Made by a program: the position numbers and the translations under genes. Under the pieces are notes generated by a model. The model saw nothing but the letters and a program-made list of their open reading frames with translations. It was not told the DNA's origin and made no database searches. DNA of 53,544 nucleotides from Chryseobacterium gleum (GTDB lineage Bacteria; Bacteroidota; Bacteroidia; Flavobacteriales_C; GCA-002722245): contig CAMBXP010000005.1 of assembly GCA_945871895.1 (NCBI GenBank), forward strand, positions 1 to 53,544, written 5' to 3'. Below, one piece after another: positions 17,895 to 27,041 of this stretch (position 1 is its first letter; each line of letters starts with the position of its first letter).

Positions 17895-18622
17895 TTTTCA
17901 ATTCTACCTTTTTTCCAACAATATGGAATATTACTAATTACAAAAGCATTTGCCAGTAAAGGCTTTTCTAGTTCTAGCGTTCTTAAAAACTCGAAATCAT
18001 AATTCAGCACATTCACAGGCTTAGGCACCCAATTTTCCCTAACACCTTCAATTATAAGAACCTCTTTGCTTTCCTCATTGTAGGTGAAAGTAAAAGGCAA
18101 GGGTCCTGCAAATCTTCGTGCTTCTTTCCAATCATTAAATGGAGAATATGCTGGTAACATCACCTCTTCCTCACTTGTAGATATCTCTAAATCAAACTTA
18201 GAATTTACAGAAAAAATCTTCTTTCTTCCTTCTACTTCTTTTTGTGTTATATCAGTGGTTGTGTAATTGTAATGAGTAAATAAATTACCCAAAAACTGCA
18301 TTTTCATTTTGTCGGTTTCCGACTTCAAAATATACAATCCACGCAAGTTTTTTCCTGCTTTAGTAGTGTAGCGAACGAAAACACGATAGCCAATCAAAAA
18401 GAAATCATTTCCCATAAATTTAGGAAAACCCTTCGGACGCAAATCTTTGGTTTGAACCATAGCAATAGCAATAAATGCCCACTTGTCCTGAAATGTATCA
18501 AGCGTCAAACACTCAGGAATAAATTTTTGCAGCTCCTCCTTAGGAACAGCAAAGGTAAACACCAACGAACTATCGAAATGTGCTTCAACGGCAAAAGGAT
18601 GATTCTTCAAAAACTTGAGCAT
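17885..18622 (-). CDS. Second DUF2071-like protein
   Basis: HPFAVEAHF, LRPKGFP, GYRVFV, LRGLYILKSETD, ARRFAGPLPFTF. Confidence 0.75.
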   Translation of the reverse strand: MLKFLKNHPFAVEAHFDSSLVFTFAVPKEELQKFIPECLTLDTFQDKWAFIAIAMVQTKDLRPKGFPKFMGNDFFLIGYRVFVRYTTKAGKNLRGLYILKSETDKMKMQFLGNLFTHYNYTTTDITQKEVEGRKKIFSVNSKFDLEISTSEEEVMLPAYSPFNDWKEARRFAGPLPFTFTYNEESKEVLIIEGVRENWVPKPVNVLNYDFEFLRTLELEKPLLANAFVISNIPYCWKKGRIEKWK

Positions 18623-18625
18623 AGA

Positions 18626-19000
18626 TCAGTGTTTTTTATTTATTTGAAATTCATTGAAGTAAATAAACAGGATCAAAATAAAAGCAAACAAAGCATTGAA
18701 TTTACCCCACAACAATAAATCGGGAACTAGCATAAATTCTAAGGTATTCATCACTGCGATAACGGTAATTTGCACGATACAATTCAATCTTGATTTATAT
18801 CCACTAACTATCCAAATCGCCATCACTATTTCCGATAATCCAATGAGCACTGTGAATGTCCTTGAAAATTCTTCACCTAAAATTTCTGCCACAATTTGCT
18901 CATGTCGAGGCACTAAATTCAATAACTTACAAAAGAGGCCGTTAATCAACCATACACTGGCAATTAAATAATTCAATATTTTATGTAGATCTCTGCGCAT
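18626..19000 (-). CDS. DoxX-like membrane protein
   Basis: IASVWLINGLFCKLLNLVPRHEQIV, IGLSEI, MNTLEF. Start at 19000 chosen because it leaves room for the operator. Confidence 0.75.
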   Translation of the reverse strand: MRRDLHKILNYLIASVWLINGLFCKLLNLVPRHEQIVAEILGEEFSRTFTVLIGLSEIVMAIWIVSGYKSRLNCIVQITVIAVMNTLEFMLVPDLLLWGKFNALFAFILILFIYFNEFQINKKH

Positions 19001-19048
19001 AATGCTAACTAAAACTTCATCATCGAATTGAAAACATTCTTTCAATAT

Positions 19049-19066
19049 TTTCAGTTTTTATTGAAA
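19049..19066. promoter_or_regulatory. Candidate GbsR operator 2 (TTTCA-N8-TGAAA)
   Basis: TTTCAgtttttatTGAAA upstream of the doxX-like gene; same geometry as 19611-19636. Confidence 0.55.
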
Positions 19067-19082
19067 CTTATTCTCAAAAAAA

Positions 19083-19586
19083 TTACTTCACTAAGAATTT
19101 CATCAACGAACCTGTAAACCAATTTTCATCTGCCTTTACCATTCTTTCAATCATTTTATCGGTGTTTTCTCCAAAGGATGAAATATCGGCTATCACTTTT
19201 TTGAATTCTTTCGCTTCTGCGTCGCTTCCCTTTACCTGCTTTAGTTCTCGGAGGGTTTCCAATACCGGACCCAGTTCTCTTTTTCGTCGCTCATTCATGA
19301 TTTTGATGGCCACTTTGTAGATGTCTTTGTCGGCTTCAAAAAACTCTTTGCGCTCTCCTTTTTTAGTTACTCTATAAACAATTCCCCAAGCAATTAAATC
19401 GCGCGTGTTCATGTTTACATTTCCACGAGAAACTTCCAACTGCTCCATAATATCCTCGGTACTTAATGGTTCTGCACTTACCAATAACAATGCATGAATT
19501 TGCGCCATGGTTCTGTTGATGCCCCATTCGCTACCAAAGGTTCCCCAAGCCTGTATAAATTCATTTTTTGCTTCTTGCAGTTCCAT
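19083..19586 (-). CDS. GbsR/MarR-family transcriptional regulator
   Basis: FIQAWGTFGSEWGINRTMAQIHALLL, SRGNVNMN, GERKEFF. Confidence 0.92.
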   Translation of the reverse strand: MELQEAKNEFIQAWGTFGSEWGINRTMAQIHALLLVSAEPLSTEDIMEQLEVSRGNVNMNTRDLIAWGIVYRVTKKGERKEFFEADKDIYKVAIKIMNERRKRELGPVLETLRELKQVKGSDAEAKEFKKVIADISSFGENTDKMIERMVKADENWFTGSLMKFLVK

Positions 19587-19590
19587 AAAT

Positions 19591-19636
19591 CAAATGTAGA
19601 AAATGTTTTTAAACTTTCAAATATTTTTGAAAGTTT
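19591..19636 (-). promoter_or_regulatory. Promoter -7 box plus palindromic autoregulatory operator of the GbsR gene
   Basis: Minus-strand TACATTTG (19591-19598) matches the Bacteroidota TAnnTTTG box; AAACTTTCA-N8-TGAAAGTTT at 19611-19636. Confidence 0.7.
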
Positions 19637-19643
19637 GTTTCTT

Positions 19644-19771
19644 ATGGCGCACGTTCCGTCAGCCGACGGATGACTTGCCTACTCCGACAATTGCATTGTC
19701 GAATTTCGCATAAATAAAAAGCAATGAAATTGCTGGAGTAAACTAGTCCCCCGTTTGGAAACGGGCGCCAT
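19644..19771. repeat. Inverted pair of ATGGCGC...TACTCC REP-like units (REPIN-like)
   Basis: Left unit ATGGCGC-hairpin-TGAC..TACTCCGACAATTGCATTGTC; right unit inverted, ending GCGCCAT; a third copy at 37915-37966. Confidence 0.7.
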
Positions 19772-19784
19772 GGAGAAACCGAAA

Positions 19785-21029
19785 TTATCCCTTATATTCT
19801 ATCTCTTTCAACAACTCCACCATCTCTTCAGCCACTTTATCAAAAGCAGCGCGATTGGCCTTTCTAATAGGTTCACTCATTGGTAATTTTTCGCGTAATG
19901 CATCTACCTGCACTCCGTTTTTCCAGAAGCGGTAACATACATGCGGACCGCTAGCCAAACCTGTTGAACCAACGTATCCAATCACTTGTCCTTGTGATAC
20001 ACGTGTGCCCGGACGCATACCACTTGCTATTTTCGACATGTGTAAATATTGCGTTGTGTATGTCTTGTTGTGTTGCACTTTCACATAGTTTCCGTTGCCC
20101 GGATTGTAAGTTGCGGCTATCACAGTACCCGCTGCTGTACTCATAATAGGTGTTCCCACAGGAGCTGCATAATCGGTTCCCAAATGCGCTTTCCATCTAT
20201 GTTGTACCGGGTGAAAACGTTTCATCGTAAAGCGCGAAGAGATGTGAGAAAACTTCACTGGAGCTTTTAAGAAAGCACGTTTTAAACCTCTACTTTCTTC
20301 ATCGTAATAGCCTGTTAAACCATCTTGTTCAAAATTGATGGCGTAATATTCTTTTCCATCGTGCTCGAAAACTGCAGCCTTTATTTTTTTTATGCCTACA
20401 GATTCTCCTTCCACTTGTATCTCATCGAAAATCACCTTGAATTTATCTCCTTTTTGAATACGGTAGAAATCGATAGTCCAAGCGTAAACAGCCGCCAACT
20501 CATTCGCCAAAGCTGCCGTTAAGCCATTGCTCGTCATAGCCTCATACAAAGAACTATTGATAACACCCGATGCTTTTTGTTCTACCGTTGCAACAGGTTT
20601 TGTGCCCATGTACACATATAAACTATCGCGAAAATCATACACCACATATTCATAAGCGTTGATTTCATAAACAAAACATTGCGCACGTTTGGTAGAATCT
20701 TTAGAGCAAAAAACGGTGTAGGGCTGATCGGCACGAAACTTACGTACATCAAAAACATCTTTTCCTTTTTTAAGTACTTCGTTGATATCGTCGTAAGGCA
20801 CGTGATGTTTTAAAAAGATATCTGAAATCAACTGATTCTTATCTACCTTATCTTCTACCACGTGAAAAGAATCTACTGTTAAGCCGTATTTAACAGCCGA
20901 CGCCGAATCCTCTCTTAGTTTACGCAATTCATCATCACCTCCAAAAATTCCACCATCTTTAATGAATGCAAAATACACAATTGAAAAAACGGAAAGTATA
21001 CCAATAACTGTAAGCAAATATTTCTTCAT
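19785..21029 (-). CDS. M23-family peptidoglycan DD-endopeptidase (MepM-like)
   Basis: N-terminal TM helix; FLKAP, HLGTDYAAP (HxxxD), YLHMS, IGYVGSTGLASGPHVC. Confidence 0.9.
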   Translation of the reverse strand: MKKYLLTVIGILSVFSIVYFAFIKDGGIFGGDDELRKLREDSASAVKYGLTVDSFHVVEDKVDKNQLISDIFLKHHVPYDDINEVLKKGKDVFDVRKFRADQPYTVFCSKDSTKRAQCFVYEINAYEYVVYDFRDSLYVYMGTKPVATVEQKASGVINSSLYEAMTSNGLTAALANELAAVYAWTIDFYRIQKGDKFKVIFDEIQVEGESVGIKKIKAAVFEHDGKEYYAINFEQDGLTGYYDEESRGLKRAFLKAPVKFSHISSRFTMKRFHPVQHRWKAHLGTDYAAPVGTPIMSTAAGTVIAATYNPGNGNYVKVQHNKTYTTQYLHMSKIASGMRPGTRVSQGQVIGYVGSTGLASGPHVCYRFWKNGVQVDALREKLPMSEPIRKANRAAFDKVAEEMVELLKEIEYKG

Positions 21030-21051
21030 CAATCGATTTCTTTGAGAAGGT

Positions 21052-21088
21052 AAAAAAAATCCCCTCCTGAATTAAACAGGAAGGGAAA
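21052..21088 (-). terminator. Probable intrinsic terminator after the DUF3108 gene
   Basis: TCCCCTCCTG-aattaaa-CAGGAAGGGA hairpin; the A8 run on + is a U run on the minus-strand transcript. Confidence 0.6.
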
Positions 21089-21134
21089 ATACAAAAAAAA
21101 GAAAAGAAGGCTTGATGCTTTTTTTAAAAAGTTA

Positions 21135-21953
21135 TTATTTCACTTTGTTCAAAGTACTTACAAGTCCCGAACACTCAATCAAATCCATCTTAACTGCACC
21201 CACCAAAATATTGGTTTGCAAACGCACTGGTATTTTATTAGCATCGGCAGAAATCCACACCGTCATATCCTCTTCGGTTTTAAAAACTCTACCTTTTTGC
21301 ATCACTGGGTGAAACTTGTAACAGTTGATTTTACCAACAGAAGTAGAGATCACTTGAGTACCCATATATTTCAATTTTAAAGGATAATTTTCGAAATCAA
21401 AAAAGGTATTTATGGTAAACAAATCACCTTTTTTAGCCGAAGCAAAATCCAAGGTTCGCGCATAATACAAAGCCGAAATCATGTCTTGCGTGTTGGTATC
21501 GGTGGCATAACGACTTTTATTAACTATAGCTTCCTTTTTAAAATGATTAAAAGCTATATCATGCTCAATTTTGTAGCCCCGTTCATTCACGCGACGAATG
21601 TGGTACCAAGGCAAAATAGCACGTTCATCAATATAACTTTCATATTTATCACGAACCATATACACTTTATCCCAAACCGAGTTGGTGAAACCACGAGCGA
21701 TAACATGCAAGGTGGGTCTTTTAGCAATCATCATGGTATCATCAGCTACTTCTAAGGAGGCTACTCCCGCATCAATAACGCCGTAATGCACTCTATATTT
21801 TAGTTTCTCTCCGCGCTTGAATGCTTGATTTTTAATCTCGCGCAATTTAGCAAGCGGAGCAGCAGAAGAAGCTGTTTGAGCAGGTTGAAAAGTAAATGAA
21901 AATGAAATTAAGGCTACAATAGCCGCCAATAGAAAGATTCTTGAAGTTTTCAT
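21135..21953 (-). CDS. DUF3108 family exported protein
   Basis: Signal peptide; AFKRGEKLKYRVHYG, VRDKYESY, QDMISALYYAR, GRVFK, WISADANKIPVR. Confidence 0.85.
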   Translation of the reverse strand: MKTSRIFLLAAIVALISFSFTFQPAQTASSAAPLAKLREIKNQAFKRGEKLKYRVHYGVIDAGVASLEVADDTMMIAKRPTLHVIARGFTNSVWDKVYMVRDKYESYIDERAILPWYHIRRVNERGYKIEHDIAFNHFKKEAIVNKSRYATDTNTQDMISALYYARTLDFASAKKGDLFTINTFFDFENYPLKLKYMGTQVISTSVGKINCYKFHPVMQKGRVFKTEEDMTVWISADANKIPVRLQTNILVGAVKMDLIECSGLVSTLNKVK

Positions 21954-22114
21954 AAATAGATCTGTTTTGCAGGTTCAAAAACAAAAAGCATTCCAAATGC
22001 AAAACGAAAGAAAATACGATTAGTTGCTTTCGATTATTTTTGTTCAACTCACCTCTGCATAAAGGGAATTTTCATCACTTTTTTTCCGATATTTGTGGCA
22101 AAGTAAAAACGTAA

Positions 22115-23449
22115 ATGAAACTTTGGGACAAAGGATTTAAAGTTGATAAGGCCATAGAGGCTTTTACCATTGGTAACGACAATGTGCTCGATTTAGAGTT
22201 AGCGCCTTATGATGTTTTGGGTACCATGGCGCATATTACTATGTTGGCCGAGGTGGGATTGCTAGAGAAAAAGGAATTGCCAAAGCTTAAAAAAGAACTC
22301 AAAAAAATTTACATAACAGCTTTAAAAGGCTTGTTTACTATAGAACCCGGAGTGGAAGATGTGCATTCTCAAGTGGAGATGTTGTTGACCAAAGCTATGG
22401 GTGATGCAGGTAAAAAAGTTCATGCAGCACGTTCACGTAACGACCAGGTTTTGGTGGATCTAAAATTGTATGGTCGCGCCAAAACCATTGAAATAGCTAC
22501 ACTTACACAAAAGTTGTTTGATGCTTTTATCAAACAAAGTGAAACTCATAAAAATGTTTTATTGCCTGGTTACACGCACTTGCAAGTAGCCATGCCTTCT
22601 TCCTTCGGCTTATGGTTTGGCGCTTATGCCGAATCATTAAGCGATGATATGGAAATGTTGGCCACGGCTTACAAAATGACGAATCAGAATCCCTTGGGTT
22701 CTGCGGCAGGATATGGTTCTTCTTTTCCTATCAAACGTAAATTAACTACGCAGTTGTTGGGTTTTGAAGATTTGCATTACAATGTGGTTTATGCGCAGAT
22801 GACTCGTGGTAAAACCGAAAAAACAGTTGCTGCGGCGATGGCTTCTTTGGCTTCTACCTTAGGCAAATTCGCTGCCGATGCGTGTTTGTATATGAGTCAG
22901 AACTTTAGCTTCATCACCTTACCAAAAGAATTCACCACCGGTTCTAGCATCATGCCGCACAAGAAAAATCCCGATGTTTTTGAATTGCTGCGCTCTAAAT
23001 GCAACGCCATGCAGGCCGTGCAATTCGAGTTGGCAATGATGACGGGTAATTTAACTTCTGGTTATTTCCGCGATTTGCAATTGTTGAAAGAAAAATACAT
23101 CTACCTCTTCAAAGAAATGAAAGCTTGTTTGGAAATGGCTTTGTTGATGGTGCCGAATATCGGCGTGAAAAAAGACATCTTGAAAGACGACAAATACGTT
23201 TACCTTTTCAGTGTGGAAGAAGTGAATCGCAGAGCAACAAAAGGACTTCCTTTCCGCGATGCTTACAAGCAAGTGGGGATAGAAATTGAAGAAGGAAATT
23301 TCAATCCGGAGAGAACGGTAAAACACACGCACGAAGGAAGTATAGGCAATTTGTGCAACAAAGAAATTCAACGTAAAATGAAAAATGCGCGTGCTAAAAT
23401 TAACGGCGCTGCAGTAGATAAAGCGATTCAAAAATTATTAAAAGTATAA
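22115..23449 (+). CDS. argH: Argininosuccinate lyase
   Basis: RSRNDQ, PGYTHLQ, GSSIMPHKKNPD. Confidence 0.97.
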   Translation: MKLWDKGFKVDKAIEAFTIGNDNVLDLELAPYDVLGTMAHITMLAEVGLLEKKELPKLKKELKKIYITALKGLFTIEPGVEDVHSQVEMLLTKAMGDAGKKVHAARSRNDQVLVDLKLYGRAKTIEIATLTQKLFDAFIKQSETHKNVLLPGYTHLQVAMPSSFGLWFGAYAESLSDDMEMLATAYKMTNQNPLGSAAGYGSSFPIKRKLTTQLLGFEDLHYNVVYAQMTRGKTEKTVAAAMASLASTLGKFAADACLYMSQNFSFITLPKEFTTGSSIMPHKKNPDVFELLRSKCNAMQAVQFELAMMTGNLTSGYFRDLQLLKEKYIYLFKEMKACLEMALLMVPNIGVKKDILKDDKYVYLFSVEEVNRRATKGLPFRDAYKQVGIEIEEGNFNPERTVKHTHEGSIGNLCNKEIQRKMKNARAKINGAAVDKAIQKLLKV

Positions 23450-23453
23450 CGAG

Positions 23454-24401
23454 ATGCAACACTTCTTTTCTGTTAAAGATGCGGGTAATCTTTCTGCTGC
23501 GGTGGCTGAAGCTATCGACTTGAAAAAAAATATTGCCAATTATTCCACTCTTGGAAAAGGTAAAACCATTGGTTTGATTTTCTTCAATTCGAGTTTAAGA
23601 ACGCGTTTGAGTACTCAAAAAGCAGCCATCAATTTAGGCATGAGTGTGATTAGCATGAACGTTGGTTCTGATGGTTGGAAGTTAGAGATGGAAGATGGCG
23701 CGGTGATGAATGGCGATGCTGCAGAACATGTGAAAGACGCTGCTCGCGTGATGGGTGCTTATTGCGATATTATAGCTGTTCGTTCGTTTGCCGTGTTGAA
23801 AGACAGAGAAAAAGACTACTCAGAAGAAGTATTGAAAAGCTTCATGAAATATGCTGGTGTGCCTATCGTAAATTTAGAGTCATCAACCTTGCATCCTTTG
23901 CAATCTTTTGCCGATTTAATCACGATTGAAGAGCACAAAAAAGTGGCCCGGCCGAAAGTAGTTTTAACATGGGCGCCACACCCTAAAGCATTGCCACAAG
24001 CAGTGCCGAATAGCTTTGTAGAGTGGATGAAAAATGCGGATGTAGATTTTGTGGTGACCAATCCAGAAGGCTATGATTTGGCTCCCCAATTTATGGACGG
24101 AGTGAAGTTAGAGCGCGATCAGAAAGAAGCGTTTAAAGGAGCAGATTTCATTTACGCGAAAAACTGGTCTTCTTATACTTCTTATGGAGATATTCTTTCC
24201 ACTGATCCAGCATGGACAGTTTCTTCCGATAAAATGGCACTCACCAATAACGCTAAGTTTATGCACTGTCTTCCTGTTCGCAGAAACGTGGTGGTGAGCG
24301 ACGATGTTATCGACTCTGCAAATTCTATCATTATCGCACAAGCCGCTAATAGAGTGACTTCTGCGCAGTTGGTGATTAAGAGGATTTTGGAGGGGAAGTA
24401 A
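23454..24401 (+). CDS. argF: N-succinyl/N-acetyl-ornithine carbamoyltransferase (ArgF')
   Basis: SSLRTRLS, HPLQ, TWAPHPKALPQAV, YAKNWS and HCLPVRR are characteristic of the AOTCase/SOTCase subfamily. Confidence 0.93.
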   Translation: MQHFFSVKDAGNLSAAVAEAIDLKKNIANYSTLGKGKTIGLIFFNSSLRTRLSTQKAAINLGMSVISMNVGSDGWKLEMEDGAVMNGDAAEHVKDAARVMGAYCDIIAVRSFAVLKDREKDYSEEVLKSFMKYAGVPIVNLESSTLHPLQSFADLITIEEHKKVARPKVVLTWAPHPKALPQAVPNSFVEWMKNADVDFVVTNPEGYDLAPQFMDGVKLERDQKEAFKGADFIYAKNWSSYTSYGDILSTDPAWTVSSDKMALTNNAKFMHCLPVRRNVVVSDDVIDSANSIIIAQAANRVTSAQLVIKRILEGK

Positions 24402-24422
24402 TTCTCTCATCCGGTTCTTCAT

Positions 24423-24650
24423 GTAGAGACAGATAGAATCTGTCTTAAATAGAAAAAATTCCACTGATTTTTCTCGAATGCTATTTACACACAGTTCGTC
24501 TTTGCGATAATCCGTCAGCCGACGGATGAAGCAATCTCATTGTGTTTTAATTAGTATTTCATGATAAGGTTGCTTCGGGGTACCTCGCAATGACGCACAG
24601 GGATTAGGAAAGGAAATAATCTTTTTAAGACAGATTCTATCTGTCTCTAC
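24423..24650. repeat. GTAG-type REP doublet with 27-bp perfect inverted arms
   Basis: GTAGAGACAGATAGAATCTGTCTTAAA (24423-24449) and its exact reverse complement (24624-24650). Confidence 0.85.
24497..24595. repeat. Nested CGTC..GCAATCTC / TTGCTTCG..CTCGCAATGACG palindromic element
   Basis: Lies inside the GTAG doublet; shares 19 nt (24511-24529) with 19655-19673 and 14 nt with 14290-14303. Confidence 0.75.
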
Positions 24651-24767
24651 GTGATGCCCTGCCGCTCTGCGAAGTGTAACATAGTATAACTTTACTCAAC
24701 CTTTTCCCGTCCCGATTCTCGGGATTCAGCTTCCAAATAAATCACTTTGACTTTTATCGATTGTGGG

Positions 24768-24935
24768 AACGCTAACTATCCCTCTTAGAGAAGAGGGCGT
24801 GCGGAAATGCTTGTGTGTTGGCGGGAGATGGAATATTAATTTTGCATGAATTGCTTTGTGCTGAATTTGGTCCATCTCCCTGCAGCCCGCAAGGCCAAAT
24901 CGCACCCCTCTTCTCTAAGAGGGATAGTTAGCGTT
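24768..24935. repeat. 168-bp foldback element with 30-bp perfect arms
   Basis: AACGCTAACTATCCCTCTTAGAGAAGAGGG (24768-24797) and its exact reverse complement (24906-24935); inner stem GGGAGATGGA/TCCATCTCCC. Confidence 0.85.
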
Positions 24936-24963
24936 ACCATACTGGAGAAATAGATGGTTAAAA

Positions 24964-27009
24964 TTACCTCACCCCTCCACCATTATCCATCTCCTTCACC
25001 GGTGATACAAACGCCAATTCCCCCTTGCTATTTTCCGCCATCAAAATCATTCCTTGTGATTCAATTCCTTTGATGTTGCGCGGAGCAAGATTTACCAAAA
25101 TGCTTACTTGTTTGCCAATGATGTCTTCTGGTTTGTAATGTTCGGCGATGCCTGATACAACAGTGCGTTGGTCGATACCAGTATCAATTTTTAGCTTCAA
25201 CAATTTTGCTGTTTTCGCTACTTTTTCTGCTTCTATGATGGTTCCTACACGAATATCCATTTTAGAAAACTCATCGAAAGTAACATTCTCTTTTTGAGGC
25301 GCAGCAGATGTTTTCGCTTGTTGTGCTTGTTCGCGTGAAGATTTTAATTTCTCTAGTTGAGCGGCAATTACATCGTCTTCAATTTTGCTGAAAAGGAGTT
25401 GTGCAGGCGCGATAGCAAAACCATCAGTCAACAAAACATCTTTAGCTGCATCACTCCATTGTGTGTTGGAAATACCCAACCACGTTGCCATTTTTGTGGT
25501 GGTTTCTGGTAAGAATGGTAAACCTAGAATGCTTATTTTTCCTGCTATTTCCAAAGCAATACGAAGAATAGTTCCCACTCTTTCTTTGTTGTCTTTAATC
25601 TTCCAAGGCTCTGTATCAGCTAAATATTTATTACCCAAATTCGACAATTTCATCAACTCAGATAAGGCTTCGCGGAAGCGATATTTATCTAAACTATCTG
25701 AAATTTTTGTGTTGAATTCTTTGGCTTGAGCTAAGGTGTTTTTATCAATATCTTCTAAAATTGCCAGTGGAGGCACTCCACCTTCGAAGAACTTATGAGT
25801 GAGCACAAATGCACGATTCACGAAGTTACCCAAGTTGGCTGCCAACTCATTGTTGTTCTTTGCTTGAAAATCTTTCCAAGTGAAATCGGCATCTTTTGTC
25901 TCTGGCATGTTCGAGCACAAAGTGTAGCGCAATACATCTGTTTTATCTGGGAAATCGGCTAAGAATTCATGCAACCAAACCGCCCAATTTCCAGAGGTAG
26001 AAAATTTCTCTCCTTCTAAATTTAAGAACTCATTCGCTGGAACATTATCAGGCAAAATATAATCACCAAATAACTTCAACATCGATGGGAAAATGATGCA
26101 ATGGAAAACGATATTGTCTTTACCGATAAAGTGAACGAGTTTAGAATTACCGTCTTTTTTCCAGTAGTCTTCCCATTTGCGCGTAGCATCGTTCGCCAAT
26201 AATTCTTGGGTGAATGAGATGTAGCCAATAGGAGCATCAAACCAAACGTACAATACTTTTCCTTCGCCACCTGCAACGGGAACAGGAATTCCCCAATCTA
26301 AATCTCTAGTGATAGCACGTGGATGCAAACCGCTTTCGAGCCAGCTTTTACACTGTCCGTAAACGTTGGTTTTCCAATCTTTATGATCTTCTAAAATCCA
26401 TTGTTTCAACCACGGTTCATATTTATCAAGTGGCAAAAACCAATGTTTGGTTTGTTTAAGTACAGGTTTGTTTCCGCTCAATGCCGACTTAGGATTAATC
26501 AAATCGGTAGCGTTGAGGGTAGAGCCACATTTCTCGCATTGGTCGCCGTAGGCTTTCTCGTTTGCGCAATGCGGACAAGTTCCTGTGATGTATCTATCGG
26601 CCAAAAATTGATTGTTGGCTTCGTCGTAATATTGTTCGGTGACTTGTTCGGTGAAAGCTCCTTCGCTTTCTAATTTTTTGAATAAATCAGAAGCTGTTTT
26701 GTAGTGCTGTTTCGAAGTAGTTTTTGAGAAAACATCTAAAGTGATTCCCAACTGTTTTAATGAATCACCGATGATTTTGTGGTATTTATCTACTACTTGC
26801 TGAGGGGTTACACCTTCGTTTTTTGCTTTGATAGTGATGGGTACACCGTGTTCATCGGTACCACCAATAAAAACTACATCTTCATTTTTAGCGCGTAGGT
26901 AACGCACATATATATCGGCTGGAATGTACACTCCCGCTACGTGTCCGAGGTGCAATGGTCCGTTTGCATAAGGCAAAGCCGTAGTAATGGTATAACGTTG
27001 TTGAGTCAT
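24964..27009 (-). CDS. metG: Methionine--tRNA ligase with C-terminal tRNA-binding domain
   Basis: [13 protein letters not shown], Zn-knuckle CPHC..CEKC, YVWFDAP, GKDN, KFSTS. ATG at 27009 lies just downstream of a TATCTTTG box. Confidence 0.97.
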   Translation of the reverse strand: MTQQRYTITTALPYANGPLHLGHVAGVYIPADIYVRYLRAKNEDVVFIGGTDEHGVPITIKAKNEGVTPQQVVDKYHKIIGDSLKQLGITLDVFSKTTSKQHYKTASDLFKKLESEGAFTEQVTEQYYDEANNQFLADRYITGTCPHCANEKAYGDQCEKCGSTLNATDLINPKSALSGNKPVLKQTKHWFLPLDKYEPWLKQWILEDHKDWKTNVYGQCKSWLESGLHPRAITRDLDWGIPVPVAGGEGKVLYVWFDAPIGYISFTQELLANDATRKWEDYWKKDGNSKLVHFIGKDNIVFHCIIFPSMLKLFGDYILPDNVPANEFLNLEGEKFSTSGNWAVWLHEFLADFPDKTDVLRYTLCSNMPETKDADFTWKDFQAKNNNELAANLGNFVNRAFVLTHKFFEGGVPPLAILEDIDKNTLAQAKEFNTKISDSLDKYRFREALSELMKLSNLGNKYLADTEPWKIKDNKERVGTILRIALEIAGKISILGLPFLPETTTKMATWLGISNTQWSDAAKDVLLTDGFAIAPAQLLFSKIEDDVIAAQLEKLKSSREQAQQAKTSAAPQKENVTFDEFSKMDIRVGTIIEAEKVAKTAKLLKLKIDTGIDQRTVVSGIAEHYKPEDIIGKQVSILVNLAPRNIKGIESQGMILMAENSKGELAFVSPVKEMDNGGGVR

Positions 27010-27041
27010 GGGGCAAAGATAAAAGAAAGACGCCGACTTAT

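Noticed and set aside
22040-22114. ARG box or riboswitch upstream of argH
   Set aside because: Only a TGCATA half-site; no convincing palindrome or aptamer.
24726-24875. 49-aa minus-strand ORF ending QSDLFGS (clamp-binding-like motif)
   Set aside because: It runs through the foldback repeat and has no other coding support; probably chance.
24768-24935. Integron attC site (GCTAAC...GTTAGC ends)
   Set aside because: The arms are perfectly paired with no unpaired R-L spacer, each arm is itself a REP-like hairpin, and there is no cassette array or integrase.
24410-24960. CRISPR array
   Set aside because: The repeats are inverted and heterogeneous, with no regular repeat-spacer period and no cas genes.
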